Assembly: GCA_964016885.1 (NCBI GenBank)
Contig: OZ024741.1
Span: 180,048,001-180,112,000, forward strand
Direction of reading: 5' to 3'
DNA length: 64,000 nucleotides
DNA from: Eledone cirrhosa
Taxonomy: Eukaryota
Positions 1-12,952 of the stretch are shown here, piece after piece. A program made the position numbers and the translations under genes. Position 1 is the stretch's first letter. Each line of letters starts with the position of its first letter. The notes under the pieces are model-generated. The model was not told the DNA's origin and did not search any database. It saw only the letters and a program-made list of their open reading frames with translations.

Positions 1-66
1 GCAAGACATTTTAGATCATTGGCTGGGCTAAAAAGCCACATTCGATCGCAGCGCTGTTAGTTGCTA

Positions 67-68
<2 letters not shown>

Positions 69-144
<76 letters not shown>

Positions 145-219
145 GGATATGCTTATGTGTGTGCGTGTGTGTGTATATATATATGTATATTATTATTGTT
201 GTTGTCGTTATTATTATTG

Positions 220-254
<35 letters not shown>

Positions 255-318
255 GTTATTAATGTATGTGTGTGTGTATATGTGCGTGTGAGTATGTGTG
301 TGTGTGTATATATGTATG

Positions 319-365
<47 letters not shown>

Positions 366-465
366 CTTTTTTTTTTCTTTTGTATGTATGTATGTATGTA
401 TGTATGTATGTATGTATGTATGTATGTATGCACGTACGTATGTATGTGTATGTATGTAAGTGTGT
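69..465. repeat. Compound microsatellite (GT)n/(ATT)n/(TA)n/(TATG)n
   Basis: Directly visible; explains the overlapping low-complexity ORFs. Confidence 0.95.
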
Positions 466-745
466 AGACTTGTGACTATAAGCTTCCAGCTAGTCAGGTC
501 TGCACATGTTACCATACGTCAATCACCGCCGTACACACTGACTATAGGATAGACTAAGAAAGATGTAAGAGACATCTGTACAACAGTATATTATAGTGGT
601 AAACGCTTGTACAACACGAGTACCACTCTCTGAGTATCCACAACTAGAGTCTAGTGACATGCAAGATGACTAGGAGTTGCTTCAACTGCAGATTTTAAGA
701 AGTTCCTTCTCAGTTAATGACACTCATACATAGGACACACTCACA

Positions 746-802
<57 letters not shown>

Positions 803-878
803 ACTGACTCACTCACACACGCTTACACACACTCACACATACAGGCCACTCACTTACACACACTAACACACACGCACA

Positions 879-909
<31 letters not shown>

Positions 910-923
910 GCACACACACACAC

Positions 924-962
<39 letters not shown>

Positions 963-969
963 CATATTA

Positions 970-1155
970 GTCGGCAGTATCGGTAGAGGGTCAGACACCA
1001 TGCTTTGACGCATAGAGTTACGGCCCTTGCCATTCTGAGTTCAAATCCCGCCAAGGTTAACTTTGCCTTTCATCCTTACGGGGTCGGTAAAATAAAGTAC
1101 CAGTAATGCACTGGAATAATTGCAGACCTTGTGCCAAAAGTAGAAACAATTATTA
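970..1155 (+). mobile_element. tRNA-derived SINE (octopus OK-like family)
   Basis: A-box-like head, B box GAGTTCAAATCCC, body AACTTTGCCTTTCATCC..AAATAAAGTACCAG, tail AGAAACAATTATT; many related copies in the window. Confidence 0.85.
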
Positions 1156-1484
1156 ATACTATAGATGTGGCAACTGTTGTCTTTTGAAAGAGTGGGTACA
1201 ATTGAAGCTGTTAGTATGTTGCTGTTTAGATTTATCGTTTCGTTGCTGTTTTCATAAGGTTTGGTCGTTGACTGAATGGTGGTGGTGGTGGTGGTGGTGG
1301 TGGTGGTGGTGGTGGCAGTTGATGTTGTTATTGTTGTTTGGCTTTTTATCGTTTTGATGCTGTTGCTGATTTTGTAGATATTGGTGTTGGTGTTCGTTTT
1401 GATGTTGTTGTTGTTGTTGTTGTTGTAGATGCTGGAGTTGATCGTTTTGACAGAGTAGTTTTAGAGGAGTAAGGGGAACAGTTG

Positions 1485-3110
1485 ACATGATTTTCTCCGT
1501 AAGACAAATACAAGAAAAATGGATTGAGCATTGTGTCCCCCTATATCAAGTCTTTGTCGACCTAACGAAGGCCTTTGACACAGTTAACAGAGATGCACTC
1601 TGGATAATACGTGGGAAAACAGGATGTCCACCCAAGTTTGTGAGTATGCTAAAGCAGCTGCACAGAAATACGAAAACTCGGGTTACCTTCAATGTTCAGC
1701 TATCTGGGAAAATCCCCATTGCAAGGTGATATTCCTGCTCCTACGCTTTTCTCCTTCTTCTTTGCTGCCTTGCTCACACATGCTTTCCATGATTGTGACA
1801 AAGGCAATCTCTTACGGTTCAGAACCACTGGAAAGGTTTTCAACTTAAGAAGATTTAATGCCAGGACAAAACTTTTGAAGCTTTGATCAGAGACCTTTAT
1901 GCGGACGATGCTGACTTCTTAGCACACACAGAAGCTGACATGCAACACATTATGGACCGTTTCTCATCCTCGTGTACACCATTTGGGCTTAAATCAGCCT
2001 TAAAAAGACCAAAGTAATGTTTACCCCTGCTCCTGGAGAACCATATACTGAACCCAATATAATGGTTGGTGGAACCAGGCTAGGAGTAGTAGATAAATTT
2101 GTCTACTTGGGTAGCACACTCTCAAAAGATAGCTCCTTGGATTCTGAAATACATCTGCGCATCCAGAAGGCCTCTGTTGCCTTCGGAAAATTAAAAAAGA
2201 GAGTTTGGGCAAATCGCAACATTACTAACAATACCAAGGTGTATGTGTATAGATCATGTGTTCTGTCTGCTCTTTTATACTCTGTAGAAACCTGGACGCT
2301 ATTCCACAAACACCAAATTGCTTGAGCGCTTTCAGCAGAAATATCTAAGGCGCATATTCAACATCAAGTAGCAAGACAGAACTCCTGTCCTTATCAAAGC
2401 AGAATGTCCAAGCATTAAGTCCCAAGTAACATCTCAAATGCGCTGGACAGGACATATCATCCGCATGAAAGAAACAGGATCTCGAAACAACTGTTTTACC
2501 GTGAGCTCCATCTTGGAAAAAGACCTCAACACAAACCGAAAATGAGGTTCAGGGACAGCATCAAGAACAACCTCAAAGAGCTGGCATTTGATATAAACAA
2601 CTGGGAGGAGATAGCTCTAAATGGGGCTGGGTGGATAAAGCGCATAAAGGGCAGTTGCAAAACTTTTGAGGAATGTCGTCTAGAACATAAACTGAAGTGT
2701 CAGCTCCAGAAGGGCTGTGCTCATAGTCTTGATGAAATCATCAGTAGTTGGACATGGAAATTCTGTCAGCGTGTACCCCTCTCAAAGACTGGTTACGTTA
2801 ATCACCTGAAGTCACATGAAAGGATAACCACCCACAACACCATTCAACAAAGACCTGGCGAAACAACGTGCATGATATGCAATAAAGTGTGTAGAACTAG
2901 TTCCGGACTAAAAAAAACACATGGTGGTGCATAAAGATTGTGTCCCACCGGGTGACCTCACCAGTCCTGTGGAAAGCACAACTCTCTTCTGTCACCTGTG
3001 TCGTAAAACATGCAGATCTACAGCTGGTCTACAAAGTCATCTACGAAGTCATGGACGATAAGGAACTATCAATAAGAGACGGCAATCGTCTGTGAAGACG
3101 ATTGCAATTC
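1485..3110 (+). mobile_element. Decayed RTE-clade LINE, RT to 3' end with C2H2 zinc fingers
   Basis: VFVDLTKAFDTVNR, LQGDIPAPTLF, LYADD, FVYLGS, RIQKASVAFGKL, RWTGHIIRM spread over frameshifted ORFs; CxxC..H motifs at about 2750-3050. Confidence 0.92.
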
Positions 3111-3370
3111 TCATGTATGTTTGTGTATGTATGTGTGTGTGTGTGGGGGGGGGGTATATTATGTATGTATGTATGCATGTAAATATGTTTGTATGTAAAT
3201 ATGTATGTATGGATGTATGTAAGTATGTATGTATGTAAGTATGTATGTATGTATGCATGTAAATATGTTTGTATGTAAATATGGATGTATGGATGTATGT
3301 AAGTATGTATGTATGTAAGTATGTATGTATGTATGTAAGTATGTATGTATGTAAGTATGTATGTATGTAA

Positions 3371-3414
<44 letters not shown>

Positions 3415-3497
3415 GTATGTATGTATGTATGTATGTATGTATGTATGTATGTATGTATGTATGTATGTATGTATGTACATACGTACGTATGTATGTA
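3110..3497. repeat. (TATG)n-type microsatellite
   Basis: Directly visible. Confidence 0.95.
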
Positions 3498-3869
3498 TTA
3501 GCTGGAAGTAAAAACACTAAGTAAAATGTTGCCTCAATAACTAGAGCTATTAATTCAACAGTCGTCAACTTAGCTCCACGAATTCCGAAGCGTTCCGTAA
3601 AATATTTTTGGGGTTTTATAAAAAAAATATGGTTCCAACAACATTTGTCGATAATTTCTGAGAGCACTTCATAACATTTTTCATGATATTCTAAACTTTC
3701 TTCTTTAGTATTTATTCTTTTATGAAATGATATGGTTCTTTCAGCGTAGGCCTTCTTTTTCTCACATTTGTTTTAAATCATCTATCTACTCCTCTTCTCT
3801 TCTCTTTATTCTTTCGTACTGTTTTCTCCATACTTTCTCTCAAACTGTATTTACGAGCATTATCATCAG
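3495..3869 (-). pseudogene. Candidate decayed coding exon
   Basis: Acceptor TGTTTTCAG at 3870. Protein-like reading ADDNARKYSLRESMEK..., then after a stop/frameshift about 90 open codons EKKKAYAERTISFHKRINTKEESLEYHEKCYEVLSEIIDKCCWNHIFF. Family not recognised. Confidence 0.35.
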
Positions 3870-4621
3870 CTGAAAACATACAGATGCGCATGAGAGGGAA
3901 AGAGAGAGAGATAGAGACACTCACACACATAAACTCACAGAACTCACAGAAAAAGAGAGAGAAAGAGAGAAAGAGAGAAGAGGTTGAGAAAGAAAGAGAA
4001 ACACACAAACACGCACACACGCACAAAAAACATACACACACACACACACACAACACACACAAAACACACACACACACACACAAAACAGACACACAACACA
4101 CACACACACAATGTTTATTCTGAAATATCTACTTTGATTGATGATTCAACTTAGGATGGAGCGATAAATTATAAAATGTATGGAAGATTAATTTTTACTA
4201 AATATAATGAAACAAACACTCGATAAATTAGATAATATGCTATTGGTTTCTGACCACTATTGACTTTTCACCATCCCAATTTTATTTCTTATATTTGGTT
4301 TCATTATTGTAAATATTGCAACGGATGTTAATGACTCTGCTCTCCTAATTTAAACTACGTTTTTATCATTTTTATGTCGAGTATTTCTGCTGAATTTAAT
4401 GATTTATTTACAAAACATTGAATCATCATTCGACTTTTTGAAGTGAAATGCAATCATTAAATTGGAAAGTTTATATGCTAAAATATATTGGTCAAACAAG
4501 ATTTCCTCAAGATTTATATATGACGCTGTTAAAAAGTTGGGTTTTGTTCTTCTTAAGCGATTTGGAATGAAATTATGTAGTGAAGTTATTTATAAAGAAA
4601 CTATTTTATGTTTTTGGTAAT

Positions 4622-4828
4622 ATATTGCTTTCTGATTTAGGCACAAGGCCAACAATTTGGAGGGGGCGGGGTATTCAATCGACTCCAGTGCGTTACTGCT
4701 ACTTTATTTTATCGACTCCGTATGAGTGAAAAGCAAAGCTAACCTCGGCAGGATTTTAACTCAGAACGTAAAGGGCCATAAACTCAATGCTGCAAAGCAT
4801 ATTGTCCGACGCTCTACCGATACTGTCA
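4622..4828 (-). mobile_element. SINE copy
   Basis: Reverse complement of the 970-1155 family. Confidence 0.8.
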
Positions 4829-5121
4829 GTATTTGGTATTACACTGTATTATTACATTGGATTCTTTTTAATACTTTTGTCATAAAACCCGTATGACTAA
4901 CGAAACAATAAATTTACATATTTCCAATAATGAAACGCAGAAAAGAAAAAGAAACTGGGATCAAGAAAAGCCAGTAGTTTCAACGAAAGTATACAACATT
5001 TACGGATATAAGGCTCTATTGTATATAGGCAAAAGTAGGAAAGTATTGTGTAATCTATCTAAAAACCTGCCATTGTAATATTAGGTAAGAACATTTGTTA
5101 AGCCATGTCCTAAATACCAAC

Positions 5122-5350
5122 ATAATTGTTTCTACTATACGTACAAGGCCAGCAATTACTGGTGCTTTATTTTATGAGAAAGAGAGGAATAATCGACCCC
5201 AGTACTAGACTGGTACTTTTTTATCGACCTCGAAAGGATGAAAGGCAAAGTTGACCTCGGTGGGATTTGAACTCAGAGAGCAGAGATCCAGAAGGAATAA
5301 GATAAAGTATTCTATTACGACGTTCTAACAACTCTGCCTATTCGCCGCCT
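5122..5350 (-). mobile_element. SINE copy
   Basis: GGATGAAAGGCAAAGTTGACCTCGG..TTTGAACTCAG. Confidence 0.8.
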
Positions 5351-5564
5351 GTGTCATATATATAGCGTTGCTATAAAATTATGACAACGGAATTACACGA
5401 GCAGTTATTCTATGATGAGTAAACAATAACGTCTGAAATGTCGGCATAAGAATAATTGATCAGATTCTTCTGTGTAGAGAGGAATACTTGAAAGTGCTTA
5501 TATGGCTTAGTGTTTTCGTGGGATATATATGCGAAGTACATATATATATGTATATGTATGTGGA

Positions 5565-5604
<40 letters not shown>

Positions 5605-5610
<6 letters not shown>

Positions 5611-5940
5611 ATTAAATAAATGGAAACTATATTTATAAAACCATATTTATTTCATTATATATATTTCAGGGATATCATATTAACAATATGTTATGCCTTC
5701 TTCAGACAAAATACAATATAAACAGTCTTATAAATAAATAGATACGACATACCTTTCAATCGACTTGCATTTGGGAAGTTGATTTGGCAGTAAAAATATT
5801 ATGGACAGTTGTAAAAAGAAAGAGAGAAAGAAAGAAAGAAAAAAGAAGGCATAACATATTGTTAATATGATATCCCTGAAATATATTTAATGAAATAAAT
5901 ATGGTTTTATAAATATAGTTTCCATTTATTTAATATCATA
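5605..5940. repeat. Inverted repeat, ~96-bp arms (5605-5700 / 5844-5940)
   Basis: Arms are near-perfect reverse complements. Confidence 0.9.
5648..5713 (-). ncRNA. Type I hammerhead ribozyme motif
   Basis: Minus strand: tattttgt CTGAAGA agg-25nt-cct GAAA tatata TA atgaaata; 8-bp stem I with two G-U pairs. Confidence 0.72.
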
Positions 5941-6027
5941 AATATACTCCAAATACTTGTTGAGTGCTTTTATATCAGTTATAAATATTTACTCGTTGTT
6001 AACCCAACAATTTAAATATAACTTCCC

Positions 6028-6058
<31 letters not shown>

Positions 6059-6094
6059 TGTGAGAAAAACCACAGACCCTCCATCTCAACTCTA

Positions 6095-6130
6095 CTTTTG
6101 AAAAGCAGAAGAACTGCGAAACCGGTAAAG
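6095..6130 (+). ncRNA. Minimal type I hammerhead motif, U3-A8 variant
   Basis: ctt TTGAAAA gcag aagaa ctgc GAAA ccgg TA aag; decayed second copy at 48348-48383. Confidence 0.62.
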
Positions 6131-6388
6131 GAACCAAACAAATGTATATATACGATGGTTGCTAGACACTACGGCTTAATACGGGATGTTTGTTTACAAA
6201 CACACCGACCATTATAATAAATGTTCGGTGAATCCATATGTACATATATATATGTGTGCATGTATGTATATATATATACATACTACTGTACGTCTGTATA
6301 CATATATGTATGTACGTATACATACTTATATTTAAGTAACAGCCGTACTAAGAGTGGGAAATGAAATTTCGTTTCATTTTTTCCGTTT

Positions 6389-6432
<44 letters not shown>

Positions 6433-6461
6433 ATGTTTATATATATATATATATATTTGTA

Positions 6462-6651
<190 letters not shown>

Positions 6652-6773
6652 TATATATATATGTGTGTGTATATATATGTATATATATATATATACAAAT
6701 ATATATATATATAAACATACACACACACACACACACATATATATTATTTATATATATATACATTATATATATA

Positions 6774-7633
6774 CGGGGTTTGTCCCTAAAGTAAGTATTG
6801 ATTTTCCTTTGTACGACATGGTAACGTAGCACCTCGTTAATGTATATACGTGCGTTGGTTATGATCGTGGCTGCACGTACATACTTGTTTCAACATGATC
6901 GATTAAGTGAGTCAAGAGTTATTGCTGTTTATGTACAGACGTGTTTATAATTTCTGATACGTTTACAATACTGGAAAATATCAAACAACAAAACATTTAA
7001 TTTTTTAACACAAACCTATGAAGATACCACTCTAACGAGAAGTAAAGTTTTGAAGTAGCACAAAGCTATCAAAGAGGGCCGAGAAAATATTGAAGACGAA
7101 CCTCATTCTAGGTCAATCTCGTCAACAAATGAAACAAATGTGGAAGTAATGCGAGTGGTAATGGCGAAAGATTGCCTATTAAGTGTTAGGATGATTGCAG
7201 AAGAAACGGGCTTGGATAAAAGTGCAGTTCACAGAATTTTAACAAACCATTTGCACATGCGAAAATTTGTGCAAAACTAGTTCCCAAACAAGCATTTACA
7301 ATTCGGGAATTACCGACAAAGAAAGACATTACCACTCTTCCACTTCTTCCTTACAGCCCAGATCTAGCTCCGTGTGATTTCTACCTCTTCCCTAAGTTGA
7401 AATCGTAGTTGAAGAGTCATCATTTTAAGACTGTCGAAAACAGAAAAAACTGTAATCAACGAACTAAAGACACTCACAGACAATCACCTCTGGTACCGCT
7501 AATCAATGGAAAAAACGTTGGAACCGCTGTGTGACTCCCCAAGGTTCGTATTTTTAAGGATATAACTTGTAATTTCATGTACGTCTAATATACATTTAAA
7601 TAAAACATCAGTACCCTTACTTTTGGGACAAAC

Positions 7634-7637
<4 letters not shown>
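6774..7637 (+). mobile_element. Internally deleted mariner transposon
   Basis: ~30-bp TIRs (GGTTTGTCCCnAAAGTAAG), TA flanks, remnants KEGRENIEDEPHS and PYSPDLAPCDFYLFPKLK. Confidence 0.92.
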
Positions 7638-7674
<37 letters not shown>

Positions 7675-8088
7675 TAAACGGACGGTAGTCCGTTTAGTAA
7701 TATTGTTGTGGTCGTGTTTTCGTTGGCAATCGTCTGTTTACGACAGTACAGCGCGGCTCTACTTTATTTAACTGAGATAAAACTTATATGAGCATGAGCA
7801 GTAGATCATTACGCATCTTTTGGCTTAAAAATCTAGAAATTTGGTCCAGCGAGAAAAAGTTTATAATCAAAGTTTGCTGATAAATCTTGTGTTCAAGTGA
7901 GTGAGTAGTAAGCGTGACGCTAGGGGAGGTAATCCAGAAATGACGTAGCTTTGTCATTAAGCCAGTTGCCTCAACTAGATTGCAATTATACTCAAAAGAA
8001 CTTTAAAATGTCAATCAGTTGTCAGTAATTCACTATGATCATTTAATTATTAGATAGTTGTTGCTTGCATTGCCTTAAAAAATAGTAG

Positions 8089-9204
8089 ACCAGATAGAAA
8101 AATGCGTACAGCAAAAAAAAGTAATATTGTTGGAATATAAACCTTTAAAAATACAGCACAAGAAACTAAAATAAAACTATAAAAGAATAGGACAAGAAAC
8201 TAAGATAAAACTTTAAAAGAATAGGACAAGAAACTAAGATAAAACTTTAAAGAATTGGACAAGAAATAAAAAATTTTACAATAATATTAGTGGCAAATTT
8301 TTTTTATTCGTTTCCTGTGCTATGCCCCAGTATCTTCTTGATTAGTGCATAATAATTGTCATGCTCTCATTGTGCGTTGCCCCTGAGCGGTTGGTTCTGG
8401 TTGGGGTTGGTTGGCTGAGCAGTTCTGCTCTGTCAGAATGACCAGTGCAAGAAGAATTGGCCGATGCAGCTGCAGGTCTCCTCCAAGAATGCACTTCTGG
8501 TCCCGCAACACAAGACGAAGATGGAGAAGACGACCGGGACAAGATGTCGACTCTGACCACGGACTATGGCACCTCCCTCAACCACCGGTCCTCCCTCCCT
8601 CTGTCCCGTCATCCCTCCAGTCCTCCTGCTCCCCCTTCCTGTACCAGAATGCTGTGGCACGCATTCATCTGGACTGCCGGACTTGAACTCAAGGACAAGA
8701 TGCAAGGAGAAGATGGACGGGTTGGTCAAAATCAAGGATGAGCGGGACGACAAGACCGTCCGCTGCTGCTCAAGATCTGTGCTCATGGGCTCATGGGTCC
8801 ACTCACATTATGCATGACACATGAGGCGTGTCGCCGAATGATGAAATAGGGGTATGGTTATGGCCCAATTGGTGTTCAAACCAGGATCAAATGATCCCCC
8901 CCGGTCTGACGACGACCTCTGAATGTGGAACCCAGAGCCTATTAATGTGGAACTCGATTTTTTACCAATAAAAATTTTGCCACTAATATTATTGTAAAAT
9001 TTTTTATTTCTTGTCCAATTCTTTAAAGTTTTATCTTAGTTTCTTGTCCTATTCTTTTAAAGTTTTATCTTAGTTTCTTGTCCTGTATTTTTAAAGTTTT
9101 ATATTCCAACAATATTACTTTTTTTTGCTGTACGCATTTTTCTATCTGGTATATATATCCTTATCGAGCCCTCTTTGGATTTTAGTCTTCAAATTTATTA
9201 TTAT

Positions 9205-9208
<4 letters not shown>
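8089..9208 (+). mobile_element. Non-coding element with inverted arms (8089-8308 / 8967-9150) containing 30-bp subrepeats
   Basis: Arms are reverse complements and differ by one subrepeat. The tail at 9121-9208 recurs inverted at 48741-48828. A decayed hammerhead-like core lies at 8903-8966. Confidence 0.65.
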
Positions 9209-9282
<74 letters not shown>

Positions 9283-9555
9283 GCGGGTGAGAGAGAGAGA
9301 AAGAAAGAAAAGATGAAATTGGAAATAGCACGGAAAATATATTTAAGGATCTGTTTTTCTTTTTTTCCTTTCTTTGATGCGTCAACGTGGCATTATTGAA
9401 AAAATGAGAGGAACAATTCTTTTTAAAAAGAGTTTTATAATGTATATAAGGTATATAAAGTATAACCGGTTTCGATGTATTAGTAAAATTCATCTTATCA
9501 AATGTTGAGTATTACAATTAAAAAGAATTAATAAGGATTATATACATATATATAT

Positions 9556-9620
9556 AATAATTGTTTCTATTTTTGGCACAAGGCCAGCAATTATGCCAGT
9601 GCATTACTGGTACTTTATTT
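9556..9620 (-). mobile_element. SINE 3' fragment abutting the L1/Tx1 5' truncation
   Basis: ATAATTGTTTCT..GGCACAAGGCCAGCAATT..CTGGTACTTTATTT. Confidence 0.75.
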
Positions 9621-9621
9621 G

Positions 9622-11286
9622 AGCGGTGTCGGCCTACGCCGATGACGTAACAGTAATGGTGTCGACGGCCTCGGAAATCGGGGCGATCGGCACCTTACTG
9701 GAGGAGTACGAAAGGTTTACAGGGGCTAAGCTGAACTGGGACAAGTCGATCGGTCTGCAACTCGGCACGTGGAGGGACAGATCGATGCCCTCCGATGGCG
9801 TCGTCGGGCGCTGGACGGAGGGCCCGGTGAAGTTGCTCGGGGTCTGGTTCGGACCAGACCTCCAGGTGGAGAAGAACTGGGGTGAGGTAACGAACAGGGT
9901 GTTTGCACTGACCCAGAAGTGGGCCGAGTGCAAACTGTCTCTGAAAGGTCGGGCGGAGGTGGCGAACACTTATATAGCGTCCGTCATCTACTACCGCCTG
10001 ACCGTCGTGCCTTGCCCAAGGGAAACGCTCGCCAAAATGGAGCGCACCCTCTTCCAATTCCTTTGGAAGAAGCGGGCTCCTATGGTGAGGAGGTCCATCT
10101 GCTGTCAACACCCTTCGAAAGGAGGGCTGGGGATGCCGTGGCTAATGATACGTAAACACGCATTAAGGCTACGGCACCTCCAGGTATTCCTCACCGGTCA
10201 ACCGGTGTGGGCCCCGTTTGTGAGGCGAGCCTTTCCCAGACTCGTCTCGCTCACCAAGCTACAATCCTGGGTCAAGCAAAGACCGAGAAAACTGGGCGCC
10301 TGGCACACCGAGTGTGCCCAGGCGCTCACGGCTCTCTGGCAGGCGGACCCGGCTGTCAGTGGAGAATCCACCTCGTCATTCTATAGAGGGTTGGTGGTTA
10401 GCAGGTGCGACGACGCCCTCGGGGAAGCCCTAGGCATGGAGGAAGACGAACTGGCCAACCTGTTCGGTAGGACATTCAGCCCGAGACCCATGGATAACTT
10501 CCAGAGGTCCCTGGCCTGGCAGTGCTACCGAGGGGCTCTGCCCGTTCGAGAAAGGCTCTACAGACACGGGCGCCGCCCGGGTAGGGACCTCTCGAAAAAG
10601 ATCTGTCTCAGATGCGTGTGCGACGAGGAAACCGTTGCACACGCATTGGTACACTGCTCGGGCATTGCCGATCTGTGGGGCTACGTCGAACGACTGCTGT
10701 CAAGGGTGGGACCGATCCGGTTGACCACCCAGTCTATTGTAACGATCAAGCTGCCTCCCCTCTTCATAAACGAAGGAGAGGCGGTGTTTCTGTGCGTAAT
10801 AGCCATGGCGAAAGAGGTTGTATGGTGGACGCGTCTGAAAGGACTGAGGTCAGACACCTTTCTCTCTAGCCAACAACTGGTCCGTTTCTTCCGATATCAT
10901 TTCGAAAGAAGGATCAGGATGGAGAGAGAGGTGCTGCACCCCACCCGTTTTTATGAAAGATGGGTGAAAGTGGCGAAAATGGCCCGTGTGAATGGGCCTT
11001 CACTCTACATCAGACTATAGGTGAGGAAGATGAAAGATCAAGCGAGCACCCTCTCTTTGTGCTCCTGAGGAGAAAGGTTGCACACTTTTTTCGGGGGTGT
11101 GTGCGACCCCCAAGGCGCCTCCTCCCTATTGAGGATTTTGTTATTAAATTTATTTTTGTTATATTTTATATTTTATTTTTTATATCTTGTTATTGCCTCC
11201 TCCTTATTGAGGACGCCTCTTTATGTAAACTCCCCCCATTGTACTTGTCCCACTCTTTGATGCCCTGGTGGCAAATAAAAAGAAAG
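9622..11286 (+). mobile_element. 5'-truncated L1/Tx1-clade LINE, young
   Basis: GC-rich uninterrupted ORF, AT-rich 3' UTR, AATAAA, then (TA)n. Confidence 0.92.
9626..11020 (+). CDS. L1/Tx1 ORF2 C-terminal part (RT C-half plus CCHC zinc knuckle)
   Basis: AYADDV, KLLGV, LSLKGR, GGLG, CLRC..EETVAHALVHC; no true start, so a fragment. Confidence 0.88.
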   Translation: MSAYADDVTVMVSTASEIGAIGTLLEEYERFTGAKLNWDKSIGLQLGTWRDRSMPSDGVVGRWTEGPVKLLGVWFGPDLQVEKNWGEVTNRVFALTQKWAECKLSLKGRAEVANTYIASVIYYRLTVVPCPRETLAKMERTLFQFLWKKRAPMVRRSICCQHPSKGGLGMPWLMIRKHALRLRHLQVFLTGQPVWAPFVRRAFPRLVSLTKLQSWVKQRPRKLGAWHTECAQALTALWQADPAVSGESTSSFYRGLVVSRCDDALGEALGMEEDELANLFGRTFSPRPMDNFQRSLAWQCYRGALPVRERLYRHGRRPGRDLSKKICLRCVCDEETVAHALVHCSGIADLWGYVERLLSRVGPIRLTTQSIVTIKLPPLFINEGEAVFLCVIAMAKEVVWWTRLKGLRSDTFLSSQQLVRFFRYHFERRIRMEREVLHPTRFYERWVKVAKMARVNGPSLYIRL

Positions 11287-11352
<66 letters not shown>

Positions 11353-11692
11353 CATATATGCTTGTGTGTCTGTGTCTATATATGTATGTTTGCATGCATG
11401 AATGAATACACTAAGCTTTAGATTTAGTAGAATGTACAACCACTGATTCCAGCTATTTGCACTATCATATATTTTGGTTTCTAGTAATTCCCTGGGGGAA
11501 TTGGTGGACCAAATGCTTTGCTTCATTGTTTTATTTATTTCAGGTATTTTTTTAAAGCAAAGCATTGGCCCCTAAAATACTACAGTGGGCTCTGCAATGC
11601 TACTGTGGGCTCTTGCAATGTTACCGTGGGCTTGCCATTGGGCAACCTGGCAACGTGGTCAGTCCGCCACTGTATGTATGTATATATATATA

Positions 11693-12110
11693 TCATCATC
11701 ATCATCATCATCATCAGGTTTAGCGTCCGTGTTCCATGCTTGCATGGGTTTGGACGGGGGTTTTCCCACTTGAGGCAAGAGTGGTTGTCTTGCTCGCATA
11801 GGACTGCCTGGCGGGTTTTCTACAGTTGGATGCCCTTCCTAACACCAACCACATTTACAGTGTGGGGCTGGGAGGTTTTTACCGTGTTGCCTACAAGGCC
11901 ACATTACAGCGTGGACTGTCTGGCGGGTTTTCTACAGCTGGATGCCCTTCCTAACACCAACCACATTTACAGTGTGGGGCTGGGAGGTTTTTACCGTGTT
12001 GCCTACACGGCCACATTTACAGCGTGGACTGTGTGTTTTTTTGTCGTGACACCTACACCATCTCATTTGTTTCGGCCTGGATGTTGTGGGACCAACATAA
12101 CTTTGAAAGG
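11693..12110 (-). mobile_element. SINE/RTE-tail repeat with ~112-bp internal tandem duplication
   Basis: (ATC)n tail; GGATGCCCTTCCTAACACCAACCAC occurs twice. Confidence 0.65.
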
Positions 12111-12189
12111 GGCGGTGTGGATGGGGTGGAGGTGGTGGGACGGGGGGGGGGGTTGATAGAGATGCCTACTGACTGTAGTAGGTTTTTAC

Positions 12190-12220
<31 letters not shown>

Positions 12221-12229
<9 letters not shown>

Positions 12230-12920
12230 AAGTTATATTCCTGTTTTAGTTTGTTTGTTCACGAACTACTCCTATGGTTTTGGAGATAGACCCCCCCCCC
12301 CCCCCATATATATTCTGAAAATACATTACCAAGGGTACTTGAATAAGTATATTTCATTTTAATCAAAGGGTTCCCGGGGGCACAAAACCCTCGTTGAAAT
12401 TGTTTTCCCTTCGATTTATATGAAATTTAAACCATAGGTAAATAACAATATATATGCCTATTCACAAATGTTTTGAATTTATATTTTGAAAAAAATTATT
12501 TACAAGAAACAAAATAAGAATAAGATTTAATAATGTAATTTTGATTTGATATATTACACAAAAATAATTGTTTCTACTTTTGGCACAAGGCCAGCAATTA
12601 TCCCAGAGCAGTACTGGTACTTTATTTTATCGACCCCGTAAGGATGAAAGGCAAAGTTAACCTCGACTGGGTTTGAACTCAGAACATAAAGGGCCATAAC
12701 TCTATGCTGTAAATCATGGTGTCTGACGCTCTACCGATACTGCCCAAATATATTACAAAAAATAATGTTTTCTAATTTTTCATGCATTACATTTTACATT
12801 GAGTAATATTGAAATGCAGGGTTTTTCTCCATAAATTATATCACTGATTTAAAAATCAATCCTCATTTTTCTTACAAAAAGAATGTGTGAAATGCAGCAA
12901 GGCGCAGGTAATTCGGCTAG
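12221..12920 (+). mobile_element. Non-autonomous Helitron-like element with nested SINE
   Basis: TATATAAAG..(TTTG)n head; GC-rich subterminal segment ending CTAG followed by T. Confidence 0.6.
12562..12745 (-). mobile_element. SINE copy (near full length)
   Basis: Matches 63210-63430 in reverse. Confidence 0.85.

Positions 12921-12952
<32 letters not shown>

Noticed and set aside
8342-8817. Short ORFs in the GC-rich core as a gene
   Set aside because: Overlapping short ORFs on both strands, no recognisable motif.
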